Shown: positions 1 through 10,424 of the stretch, piece by piece
Layout: each line of letters begins with the position of its first letter
Numbering within the stretch: position 1 is the stretch's first letter
NCBI GenBank assembly: GCA_964371335.1
Contig: CAYJMC010000004.1
Coordinates: forward strand, 19,179-83,178
Reading direction: 5' to 3'
From: an uncultured Anaerolineaceae bacterium
Lineage (GTDB): Bacteria; Chloroflexota; Anaerolineae; Anaerolineales; UBA11579
Length of the DNA: 64,000 nt
The notes under the pieces: model-generated
Seen by the model: only the letters and a program-made list of their open reading frames with translations
Databases searched by the model: none
Told to the model about the DNA's origin: nothing
Translations under genes and position numbers: made by a program

Positions 1-606
1 ACGCGCCGCGCGGTCATAAGGAACGCCCACCTGGCGGAAGCCCACCCAAGCAGACATACCCCGCAGAAAGCGGTGATGCTCGCGCATCTGGTTGAGCACG
101 TCCACCACGCGGCGATCCATCAAACGGAAGTCGCCGGTATCTAAAGGAATATCGATTTCGGTGATGCGGTTGATCAAGCGGTAGAAAAAAGAAGCCGTGA
201 TGCGCTTGAAAAAAGATTCGCCCTTGCGCTGGCGGCGTACCGCATATACCACTTCATAACCATCGCGCCAGTTGGCGATCAATTCGGGGATCACTTCAGG
301 TGGATCCTGCAAATCGCCGTCGATCAGGATCACTGCTTGCCCGCGGGCATGGTCCATCCCCGCGGTCACCGCAATCTGGTGCCCAAAATTGCGCGCGAAT
401 AGCAATGGCTGGATGTGCTTGTCATTGGCCGCATGCAGTTGGATGATTTCGCTTGTGCGATCTTTGGAGCCATCATCTACGATGACCAACTCCCAAGGTT
501 CGCCCAGTTTCTTCATCACCGCGGTGGTGCGGGCGATGAACTCAGGCATGGTTTCAGCCTCGTTATAGGCCGGAGCGACTACAGAAAAAACCGGTGGCTT
601 GCTCAA
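1..606 (-). CDS. Glycosyltransferase family 2 (GtrB/polyprenol-phosphate glycosyltransferase-like), runs off window start
   Basis: Read manually, not in ORF track: TTG start overlapping the upstream stop, then SKPPVFSVVAPAYNEAETMPE, VVDDGS, RNFGHQIAVTAG, IDGDLQDPPE, DTGDFRL. Confidence 0.9.
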   Translation of the reverse strand, partial: MSKPPVFSVVAPAYNEAETMPEFIARTTAVMKKLGEPWELVIVDDGSKDRTSEIIQLHAANDKHIQPLLFARNFGHQIAVTAGMDHARGQAVILIDGDLQDPPEVIPELIANWRDGYEVVYAVRRQRKGESFFKRITASFFYRLINRITEIDIPLDTGDFRLMDRRVVDVLNQMREHHRFLRGMSAWVGFRQVGVPYDRAAR

Positions 607-1853
607 TGCTGCACCTCGAGGGCGCGTTTCAGCGCCGCCAGGCTGGGCTCTATGACGGGCGCTTCGCCCGCTGCCTTACGCGCCGCAGCCACATCTTTAA
701 GGCCGCTGCCCGTGTTGAGTACCAGCACAGGATCTCGCGCCTTGATTAAACCCGATTCAAGGGCTTTGCGCAGCCCGGCAAAGGCTGCAGCGCCTGCCGG
801 CTCTGCAAAGATTCCATATTTGCCAAGCTGTGCGATAGCGGAAAGAATCGATTGGTCGCTAACTTTGACGTACGCCCCGCGCGTTTCTGTAACAGCTCTG
901 AGGGCACGTAAGCCATCACTGGGCAGATCCACAGAAATGCTGTCGGCGATCGTCTTGGCTTGCACCGCCTCAATCTTTTCTTTCCCAGCTTCGAAGGCAT
1001 TGGCAATGGCGGCCGAACCCTCGGCTTGCACACCAAAAATGCGTGGAACTTTTTCGATCCAGCCCAAGGCGAGTAGGTCTTTGAACCCCTTATGGATCCC
1101 AGAAATGATGTTGCCATCTCCCACGGAAACAAATACTGACAGTGGGATATCTAGTTTCTGTGTGGCTATAACTTGCTCCCAAATTTCCAGAGCAGCTGTT
1201 TTCTTTCCCTCTGCCGTGAACGGGTTATAGCCGGTGTTGCGGCAGTACCAACCGAATTCATCGGCTGCTTGCCGCGATAGTTCCACAGCGTCATCATAAG
1301 TGCCGTCAACCAGGAAGACGCTGGCGCCAAAGATGAGCAATTGAGCCACTTTTGCAGGCGGGGCCGTCTTCGGCGCAAAGATCACTGCACGGGCGCCTGC
1401 GGCTGCCGCCATGCCTGCCAGGGCGGCCCCCGCGTTGCCAGTCGAAGCGGTGACAATCACGCTGGCTTTGATCTCTTGCGCCCGAGCCACTAGGACCGCG
1501 CTGGCGCGGTCCTTGAAGGAAGCCGTCGGATTGCTGCTTTCGTCTTTGATCCAAAGTTGAGCCAGGTTGAGTGATTTGGTTAATTCGGGAAGTGAATAAA
1601 TCCGTGTCCAGCCAACTGATCGCAGCGGAGTGCCCTGGTGCCCCGGATCGCTGACCGGCAACAAGGGCAGATAGCGCCAGATCGAAAATTCCGTGGAGGT
1701 CTGGATGTCACGAGGTCCAGTTGCTTTCTTGATCGAATCGAAATCCAGAGCTACATCGAGCACGCCGGCGTCTTTAGGACAGACATAGGTCACTTCGTCA
1801 GGTTTATATTCCTGCCCGCAAACACTGCACTTGTAACCCAGGAATTTGTTCAT
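603..1853 (-). CDS. Threonine synthase-like PLP enzyme (fold type II)
   Basis: N-terminal CSVC..CPKD, NPTASFKDR (PLP lysine), ASTGNA, VSVGDGNII, AEPAGAA, LNTGSGLKD. The operon context argues against confidently calling it thrC. Confidence 0.85.
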   Translation of the reverse strand: MNKFLGYKCSVCGQEYKPDEVTYVCPKDAGVLDVALDFDSIKKATGPRDIQTSTEFSIWRYLPLLPVSDPGHQGTPLRSVGWTRIYSLPELTKSLNLAQLWIKDESSNPTASFKDRASAVLVARAQEIKASVIVTASTGNAGAALAGMAAAAGARAVIFAPKTAPPAKVAQLLIFGASVFLVDGTYDDAVELSRQAADEFGWYCRNTGYNPFTAEGKKTAALEIWEQVIATQKLDIPLSVFVSVGDGNIISGIHKGFKDLLALGWIEKVPRIFGVQAEGSAAIANAFEAGKEKIEAVQAKTIADSISVDLPSDGLRALRAVTETRGAYVKVSDQSILSAIAQLGKYGIFAEPAGAAAFAGLRKALESGLIKARDPVLVLNTGSGLKDVAAARKAAGEAPVIEPSLAALKRALEVQH

Positions 1854-1865
1854 CTAACTGTTTTC

Positions 1866-1922
1866 AACCTTGCGAAGGGTTGTATCCAGATCAGAAATAT
1901 GCAAGCCAACCTTCGCAAGGTT
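1866..1922. repeat. REP-doublet-like palindromic element, copy 1
   Basis: AACCTTGCGAAGGGTTG-spacer-CAACCTTCGCAAGGTT, intergenic. Confidence 0.85.
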
Positions 1923-1926
1923 TTTC

Positions 1927-2871
1927 TTATGGAACGATCCATGTCCCGGTCTTTCCAGCTAATGCGTTGGTGATGTTGGGCGGATCGGTGATCAGTGCCT
2001 GTTTGCCGCCACCCTTCAAGAAAAGGATCGCCGCTTGCACTTTCGGGAGCATGCTGCCTTTGGCAAAATGACCCTCGGCGATGTACTTCTCGGCTTCAGC
2101 AATCGTCATCCGATCCAGGTTCTTCTGGTCTGGTTTGTTGAAGTTGATAGCAATCTTTTCCACCGCGGTCGAGATCAAGAGCAAGTCAGCTTTGATTTCG
2201 CGCGCCAGCAAACTGGAAGCGAAGTCTTTATCGATCACGGCGGCAGTACCAACAAGATCGCCGGCCTCGTCTTCAACTACGGGGATGCCACCACCGCCCA
2301 CACCGATGACAGTGAAATCATGTTCGATGAGCTTCTTGATGGCGGCTGCTTCAACTATCTCTTGAGGGATCGGTGAGGCAACGACTTCGCGCCAACCACG
2401 CCCGGCATCCTCGATAAAATGTTTGCCTTCTTCAGCCATGCGTTTCTTAGCTGAAGCTTCATCCAGGAAGGATCCGATGGGTTTGGTGGGATTTTTGAAA
2501 GCGTCATCGTTCTTATCCACCAAACACTGGGTCACAACGGTGACCGCGTGCTTCTTCATGCCGCGGCGCTTGAACTCGTTGTGCAGCGACTGCTGGAACA
2601 TATAGCCAATGGCGCCTTGGGTGTCTGCGCCGCAGTAATCCAGTGGTACAGGATGCAGTTCATGCAGCGACAACTCCGAGCGGCGCAGGATGAAGCCAAC
2701 CTGTGGCCCATTACCGTGGGTAACAACCACATCCCAGCCTTCTGCGATCATGCCAGCGATGTAACCCATGGTTTCACTGGCAGCGGCAAACTGGTCGGGG
2801 ACTGACTGTTTCCCCTTTTCTTTGATAAGTGCGTTGCCCCCCACAGCAACGACAGCAACTTTCTTAGCCAT
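1927..2871 (-). CDS. arcC: Carbamate kinase
   Basis: VAVGGNAL, THGNGPQVG, DTQGAIGY, NPTKPIG, EDAGRGWR, AVIDKD, GSMLPKV. Confidence 0.95.
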   Translation of the reverse strand: MAKKVAVVAVGGNALIKEKGKQSVPDQFAAASETMGYIAGMIAEGWDVVVTHGNGPQVGFILRRSELSLHELHPVPLDYCGADTQGAIGYMFQQSLHNEFKRRGMKKHAVTVVTQCLVDKNDDAFKNPTKPIGSFLDEASAKKRMAEEGKHFIEDAGRGWREVVASPIPQEIVEAAAIKKLIEHDFTVIGVGGGGIPVVEDEAGDLVGTAAVIDKDFASSLLAREIKADLLLISTAVEKIAINFNKPDQKNLDRMTIAEAEKYIAEGHFAKGSMLPKVQAAILFLKGGGKQALITDPPNITNALAGKTGTWIVP

Positions 2872-2893
2872 TAGGCGATCTCTCCTTTTCCCT

Positions 2894-3877
2894 TTAAGCC
2901 ATGGTGAGCGCCATCACGGCTTTTTGCGCATGAAGGCGATTTTCAGCTTCGTCGATCACAGCCGATTGCGGGCCATCCAGCACGTCGCTGGTGATTTCTA
3001 CATCACGGTCCGCCGGAAGTGGGTGCATGTAGATGGCATCGTTGTGTGCAGCGGCCATCTTCTTGGCATCGGTGATCCAATCTTTGTTGGCGTCCTGCAA
3101 CTCTTTGCCTTTGTCGGCATCCGAGGTGGTCAGCAGCGGTCCCCAGGATTTCGCGTACACCACGTCGGCCTCCTTGAAGCCTTCCTTCATGTCGTGGACC
3201 ACATCGAAGCCAGTCTTGTATTGCTTGGAAAGCGACTTGGCTTGATCCATGATCTCAGGCATCAGCTCAAAGCCCTTGGGGTGTGAAAGTACAACATCCG
3301 CGCCAAAACGAGGTAGCTGCAAAATCAGCGATTGAGGCACCGAGATCGGCTTGAGGTAGCTGGACGCATATGCCCAGGAAACAACCACGCGCTTGCCGCG
3401 CAAGCTGCGAGCGCTGAATTTCTCCATCATGGTCATGAGGTCTGCAAGGCATTGGTGCGGGTGATAGATCTCGCATTGCATATTGAGCACCGGGACGCGG
3501 GAAGCTTCGGCCACCAGGTTCAGGTACCGGTTGCCGACACCCCACTCCACGTGACGGATGGCAATGCCGTCGAAATATCGGCCGAAAATATGGCCCATTT
3601 CCTTTTCGGTATCGCCATGCGAAATCTGTGTGGTGCGCGACTCAATGAAGGCGGCGTGGCCGCCCAGTTGAGCCATGCCCGCTTCGAACGAGCCGCGGGT
3701 GCGCGTACTCGAGAAGAAAAACAGCATGGCCAGCACCTTGTCGCGCAACAGGGCATGTGGCTCTCCCAGGGCACGTTTGCGTTTCAGGTCCCAGGCGACG
3801 TCTAAAACAGTTTCAACTTCTTCTTTACTAAAGTCCAGGTCGCTGATGAAATCGCGGCCGCGTAGATCGGTCTGCAT
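2894..3877 (-). CDS. Carbamoyltransferase, YgeW/knotted-type-like
   Basis: SSTRTR, HPHQ, SWAYASSYLKPISVPQS, YAKSWG, MHPLPAD, EAENRLH. Lacks the OTCase DxxxSMG motif. Confidence 0.85.
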   Translation of the reverse strand: MQTDLRGRDFISDLDFSKEEVETVLDVAWDLKRKRALGEPHALLRDKVLAMLFFFSSTRTRGSFEAGMAQLGGHAAFIESRTTQISHGDTEKEMGHIFGRYFDGIAIRHVEWGVGNRYLNLVAEASRVPVLNMQCEIYHPHQCLADLMTMMEKFSARSLRGKRVVVSWAYASSYLKPISVPQSLILQLPRFGADVVLSHPKGFELMPEIMDQAKSLSKQYKTGFDVVHDMKEGFKEADVVYAKSWGPLLTTSDADKGKELQDANKDWITDAKKMAAAHNDAIYMHPLPADRDVEITSDVLDGPQSAVIDEAENRLHAQKAVMALTMA

Positions 3878-3885
3878 ATTTCTCC

Positions 3886-4842
3886 TTATTCCGTGGCACC
3901 CATCACCAAAGCCAACAACGCCATGCGCATTACCACGCCGTTGAAGGCTTCCTGCCAGTAACGCGACCAGCGGGTGATATCCACATCGGGCGGGATCTCA
4001 TCCATGCGCGGCAGGGAGTGCAGCAGAATGGCATCGGACTTAGCCTTGGTCGAAAGGAGTTCCCGAGTGATCTTGTAATTGGCCGGTGTCAAATTCACGT
4101 CCCCGTTGCGTTCGTCACGGGACTTTGTGTAATCCGGTTGGACCACCGGCTCAACCAAAATGACATCCGCTTCAGCAATCGCTTGTTCGACATGTTCGGC
4201 TTCTTTGAAATTAAGGCTGTATTGCTTTAGTTCATCCTTGAATTCCTTGGTCAGGGACATGTCGGGCGGAGCCACAAAGGTGATCGGGCAGTCGAATTGG
4301 GTCAGCCCATAAGCCAAGGAGTGCATGGTGCGCATACGCATATCCCCCACGGCAAGCCATTTGAGCCCATCGATAGTGCCCTTTTCCTTCCAGACTGTGT
4401 AGAGATCGGTCAGGATTTGGGTCGGGTGCTCACCCCAGCCATCCCCGCCGTTGATGATGGGGATGCTGGCCCATTTGGCCGCCTCATGCGGGGCGCCTTG
4501 CTGGAAGTGGCGCATCACGATCACGTCGCCGTAGAATTCCAGCATCTTCACTGTGTCCTTGATGGACTCCTGGTAGAAGTCGCCGGCGCGGGTCATCTTG
4601 GCATCGGCAAAGCCGGTCACTTGCCCGCCCAAGCGGATCATGGCCGCTTCGTGGGCCAAGCGGGTGCGGGTGCTGGGCTGGTAGAACGCGGTGACCAGCG
4701 TTTTTTCCTTCAGCAAGTCCGTGTTCTGGCGGTCACGGGCGAAATGCTCCAGGTCTTCCGCGATCTCAAAGACGCGGAAAAATTCCTGTCGTTCAAAATC
4801 TTTCAATGAGAGAATGTCTCGTCCTGCAAAACTGCGCATCAC
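3886..4842 (-). CDS. Aspartate-carbamoyltransferase-like enzyme with altered acceptor site
   Basis: PSTRTR, IVMRH, GEHPTQ and HSLPR present. The KGE and TRxQxER aspartate-binding motifs are replaced. Confidence 0.85.
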   Translation of the reverse strand: MMRSFAGRDILSLKDFERQEFFRVFEIAEDLEHFARDRQNTDLLKEKTLVTAFYQPSTRTRLAHEAAMIRLGGQVTGFADAKMTRAGDFYQESIKDTVKMLEFYGDVIVMRHFQQGAPHEAAKWASIPIINGGDGWGEHPTQILTDLYTVWKEKGTIDGLKWLAVGDMRMRTMHSLAYGLTQFDCPITFVAPPDMSLTKEFKDELKQYSLNFKEAEHVEQAIAEADVILVEPVVQPDYTKSRDERNGDVNLTPANYKITRELLSTKAKSDAILLHSLPRMDEIPPDVDITRWSRYWQEAFNGVVMRMALLALVMGATE

Positions 4843-4868
4843 AACCTCCGTGGTTTGGGGATTAAGGA

Positions 4869-5603
4869 TTAGCTCGTTGGGCGCCGCGGTTCGACGCGGC
4901 GGATCACATGGAAGCGGAAATAGCCAGGAAGGAAATACGAGCGAGAGAGATCGATCACCGAGCCGTCCATTGAAAACAAGGTGGATTTGAAATGCAGCAC
5001 CACATCACCGCGCTGCATGTGCAGCGCCCGCGCCTCATTCGATTCCGCGGCCGCGGCATGGATCTCCGTATCCGCGCTGGTCACTCTTGAGTTGCCTTGC
5101 TTGAGCAGTAAATCCAAAACGGAACCGCTAAATTCGCGGCGGAACTCGGTTTCTTTAAATAGCTTATCTGGCAGCACATCGACCAGATAAGCAATCGGGC
5201 GACCCTCGGCTTCCATTACACGAGATACATGGAGAACGTGAGAATCTTTTAGCATCTCGCGTTCTTCGGGTTCGGCTGCGCGGCGCTCGATCTCATAGTC
5301 CCCCATGCGCACCGGCAACCCGACGCGTTGCGCCATGCTCTCGATGCTTTCGAGCAATTCGAGCCCAGTATCAATCACACTGGACGGATGCACTACGAAG
5401 GTGCCTACACCCTGCCGCCGTTGGATCAAACCCTGCGTCTCGAAAGTGCGCATCGCTTCGCGCAGTGTGGCGCGCGAAACTCCGAGCATCTCCGCCAACT
5501 TTGGCTCGGTGGGCAAGCGCTCCCCCGGGCTGGTCTTGGCGATCAATTCGCCAAGCTGGGCATGAAGTCGATTTGAAAGTATTCCTGTCTTAAGCATTCT
5601 CAA
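4869..5603 (-). CDS. GntR family regulator (HutC type, UTRA domain)
   Basis: LPTEPKLAEMLGVSRATLREA..RRQGVGTFV helix-turn-helix plus UTRA-like C-terminus. Confidence 0.92.
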   Translation of the reverse strand: MRMLKTGILSNRLHAQLGELIAKTSPGERLPTEPKLAEMLGVSRATLREAMRTFETQGLIQRRQGVGTFVVHPSSVIDTGLELLESIESMAQRVGLPVRMGDYEIERRAAEPEEREMLKDSHVLHVSRVMEAEGRPIAYLVDVLPDKLFKETEFRREFSGSVLDLLLKQGNSRVTSADTEIHAAAAESNEARALHMQRGDVVLHFKSTLFSMDGSVIDLSRSYFLPGYFRFHVIRRVEPRRPTS

Positions 5604-6985
5604 TTTGCCAGCAAACGTTTCGCGGCTCGATTGTGCTTTTCTACCAATCGCGGCAGTTCCACGGTTTGCATCTGGCCCTCCTTAACTATAAATTTTCCGC
5701 CGACCACGGTGTAATCCGCCTTGGTCGGCGCGCAAAAAACCAACGCAGCAAGTGGATCGTGCAATCCACCTGCGTAATCAATTTGATTGAGATTGATTGC
5801 AAAGAAATCGCCACACTTCCCAACTTCCAGGGAGCCGATATCGCTGCGTCCCAACACCGCGGCTCCACCGCGCGTGGCGAGCTCCAGCGCTTGACGAGCA
5901 GTCGTCAGTTCCGGGGCTTCGCCAGTCGAAAGTGAGGCGCCGCGCAACCCTGCATCCAATCGCGAAAGCAACATCGCCTGCCGGGCTTCAGCCAACATGT
6001 GCGAGGAGTCGTTGCTGGCTGAGCCATCCACACCCAACCCCACCTTCACGCCAGCAGTCAGCATCCTGGCGATCGGCGCGATCCCCGAGGCCAAGCGCAT
6101 GTTAGAAGACGGGCAGTGCGCTACGCCACAGCCTCTTTCCGCGTAGATGGCAATCTCTTCATCGTTCACGTGCACCGAGTGCGCGTACCAAACATCCTCG
6201 CCCACCCATCCCAGTGTTTCCATCCAGGCCACTGGGCGAGATCCGAAATTTCCTTGCGTGTACTGCTCCTCGTCTTGTGTCTCAGCCAAATGAGTGTGGA
6301 GGTGAACCTTATAGTGCCGCGCCAATTTGGCGGTCTCTTTCATCAAATCTTGTGAAACGCTGAATGGCGAACAAGGCGCCAATACGACCTGTGTCATCGA
6401 GCCAGCCGTGTCTTCATGATAGCTCTCGATCAAGCGCCTACTTTCAGCCAGGATAGCGTCTTCGTTCTCAACCACGCTATCAGGTGGCAGGCCGCCCTGA
6501 CTCTCTCCCACGCTCATTGACCCGCGCGACGCATGGAGGCGTACGCCAACCTCGCGAGCCGCCTCGATTTCATCATCTAATCGTGAGCCGTTGGGAAAAA
6601 TGTAAAGATGGTCAGAGGCTGTGGTGCAGCCTGAAAGGGCGAGTTCGGATAGCGCAGTCTGCGAAGAAATGAAGATGTCTTCAGGCGTCAGTCTGGCCCA
6701 AATGGGATACAGGGTCTTAAGCCAATTGAAGAGGTTGGCATTCTGCGCTGCGGGTACCGCCCGGGTCAGGGTTTGATAAAAGTGATGATGGGTATTGATC
6801 AGGCCCGGAAGGATGACATGGCCGCTCAGGTCCAGGACTTCGTCGGCTGTATCCGGTAGTTCGGACGAGGGGCCTACTTGCTCAATAAAGCCATTACGAA
6901 TAAATAGACCAGCATCTGCAATCTCTCGACGCTGGTCATCAAAGGCGGCCAAAAGGGCCGCGTGCCGGACAAGTAGGGTAGACAT
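5600..6985 (-). CDS. 8-oxoguanine deaminase-like amidohydrolase
   Basis: NTHHHFYQTLTR, PCSPFS, HLAET, HCPSSNMRL, DGSASND. Confidence 0.85.
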   Translation of the reverse strand: MSTLLVRHAALLAAFDDQRREIADAGLFIRNGFIEQVGPSSELPDTADEVLDLSGHVILPGLINTHHHFYQTLTRAVPAAQNANLFNWLKTLYPIWARLTPEDIFISSQTALSELALSGCTTASDHLYIFPNGSRLDDEIEAAREVGVRLHASRGSMSVGESQGGLPPDSVVENEDAILAESRRLIESYHEDTAGSMTQVVLAPCSPFSVSQDLMKETAKLARHYKVHLHTHLAETQDEEQYTQGNFGSRPVAWMETLGWVGEDVWYAHSVHVNDEEIAIYAERGCGVAHCPSSNMRLASGIAPIARMLTAGVKVGLGVDGSASNDSSHMLAEARQAMLLSRLDAGLRGASLSTGEAPELTTARQALELATRGGAAVLGRSDIGSLEVGKCGDFFAINLNQIDYAGGLHDPLAALVFCAPTKADYTVVGGKFIVKEGQMQTVELPRLVEKHNRAAKRLLAN

Positions 6986-6991
6986 AGTCTA

Positions 6992-7004
6992 GTTGTCTGA
7001 CAAC
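6992..7004. promoter_or_regulatory. Palindromic operator, probable GntR site
   Basis: GTTGTC-T-GACAAC lies between the -10 box and the ATG of an operon that encodes a GntR regulator. Confidence 0.7.
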
Positions 7005-7005
7005 C

Positions 7006-7034
7006 AGTGTAACTGAGAGGGGGCGGGCTGTCAA
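7006..7034 (-). promoter_or_regulatory. Sigma70-type promoter of the deaminase/carbamoyltransferase operon
   Basis: Minus strand TTGACA (7034-7029), 17 bp spacer, TACACT (7011-7006). Confidence 0.75.
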
Positions 7035-7084
7035 ACAGCCAAATGCCCTTTTTAGACCCCCGTCCACCGGGTCAAATGCCCCTA

Positions 7085-7960
7085 TTAGTCGGACAACTCG
7101 GCTGCGCGCAGCGTGTTTTCCAACAACATAGCGATGGTCATCGGACCCACGCCGCCGGGCACCGGAGTGATCGCCGACGCCACCTGGCTGGCTTCCTCGT
7201 AGGCAACATCACCCACCAATCGGTAGCCGCGCTTGGCACTAGCATCCTCTACGCGATTCACGCCCACGTCGATCACTACCGCACCAGGCTTGACCCAGTC
7301 GCCGCGCACCATCTGGGGCTTGCCTACAGCAGCCACCAACACATCGGCCTTGCGACATACACCAGGAAGATCTCGTGTGCGAGAGTGCGCAATAGTAACT
7401 GTGGCATCTGCCTTAGTCAGTAACAGAGCAATCGGCATTCCGACAATATTCGAGCGGCCTAATACAACTGCATTGGCGCCCGAAAGTTTGACCCCAGCCT
7501 CAGCCAGCATGCGCATAATGCCTGCCGGTGTGCAGGAAACAAAACGGGGCTCGCGGCCTTTTTGTGCAAGATAACCGATATTTTCTGGATGCAAACAGTC
7601 GACATCTTTATGAGGGGAAATTGCCGATTGGATCGCAGCGGCTTCGATTTGTTTCGGCAGCGGTACCTGAACCAAGATGCCATGCACCTCGGAGCGAGCA
7701 TTGAGCTCGGCAATTACTCTAAGGAGTTCTTCCTGGCTGGTTTCGGCAGGCATTTCATAGCCAAAGGAAACCATGCCCACTTCCTCGCTGGATTTGCGCT
7801 TGTTACGAACATAAGTCTCCGAGGCGGGGTCATTTCCGACCAAAACGGTTGCAAGCCCCGGGGGAGTTTTTCCGGCAGCCGTTCGAGCAGCCACCTTGGC
7901 CGTTGTTTCGGCACGTACTTTGGCAGCAAGAGCCTTCCCATCAAGAATCGCAGCGGTCAT
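7085..7960 (-). CDS. folD: Methylenetetrahydrofolate dehydrogenase/cyclohydrolase
   Basis: YVRNK, HGILVQVPLP, KDVD, GRSNIVGMP, ITPVPGGVGPMT. Confidence 0.97.
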   Translation of the reverse strand: MTAAILDGKALAAKVRAETTAKVAARTAAGKTPPGLATVLVGNDPASETYVRNKRKSSEEVGMVSFGYEMPAETSQEELLRVIAELNARSEVHGILVQVPLPKQIEAAAIQSAISPHKDVDCLHPENIGYLAQKGREPRFVSCTPAGIMRMLAEAGVKLSGANAVVLGRSNIVGMPIALLLTKADATVTIAHSRTRDLPGVCRKADVLVAAVGKPQMVRGDWVKPGAVVIDVGVNRVEDASAKRGYRLVGDVAYEEASQVASAITPVPGGVGPMTIAMLLENTLRAAELSD

Positions 7961-8062
7961 TGAGCCTCCAGATTGCGATTATAAATGTGAATTAACACAC
8001 AAATATAGAGGCGTATGACCCTCTTATTATTGGCAAACCTACTTTTATGCAGCCGGAGTTGC

Positions 8063-10006
<1,944 letters not shown>

Positions 10007-10189
10007 TTACCAAAGAATTCTGCATCTTTTTCCCCATAGCATACCTATTCGATTGAGCCGGTGCTTGATCTTAGAAACACAAATCTCGAACGAATTCTCG
10101 TATGTTTGTTCTATTTTACCATACCCGTATTGAGCACGCCACGAAGCCAGTCCTCATAATTAGGCAATTCCTGAACCAATTATTGAACC

Positions 10190-10217
10190 TTGACTAGGCT
10201 ATAGAGTTATGTAAAAT
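10190..10217 (+). promoter_or_regulatory. Putative sigma70 promoter of ABC transporter operon
   Basis: TTGACT-16 bp-TAAAAT. Confidence 0.45.
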
Positions 10218-10424
10218 GGAGGATTACTAGAGCTTCTTCACAGTTTTTGGCACAAAAAATAAGTTTTCCCAGCATGCAGAGGTGCGCGCCGTGCACCTCT
10301 ACCTATAGGTATCATCAGAAGCTCAGTGGAAAGGAGGTGGACCATCTCAGCAGCCATTCGCCAATAGCAGCTTTCACTTCCTATGGAAGAAACTTCAACT
10401 TGCAAGTTTTTCGGAGGAGTAAGA

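Noticed and set aside
2894-4842. Annotating the pair as argF and pyrB
   Set aside because: Acceptor-specific motifs (DxxxSMG, KGE, RxQxER) are missing and the context is catabolic.
7986-8001. CRP-like box TGTGA-N6-ACACA upstream of folD
   Set aside because: A single imperfect match in AT-rich sequence with no supporting copies.
10276-10420. Lysine riboswitch or T-box in the ABC leader
   Set aside because: AGAGGTGC pairs locally in a short hairpin, and I could not find the other conserved elements or a terminator.
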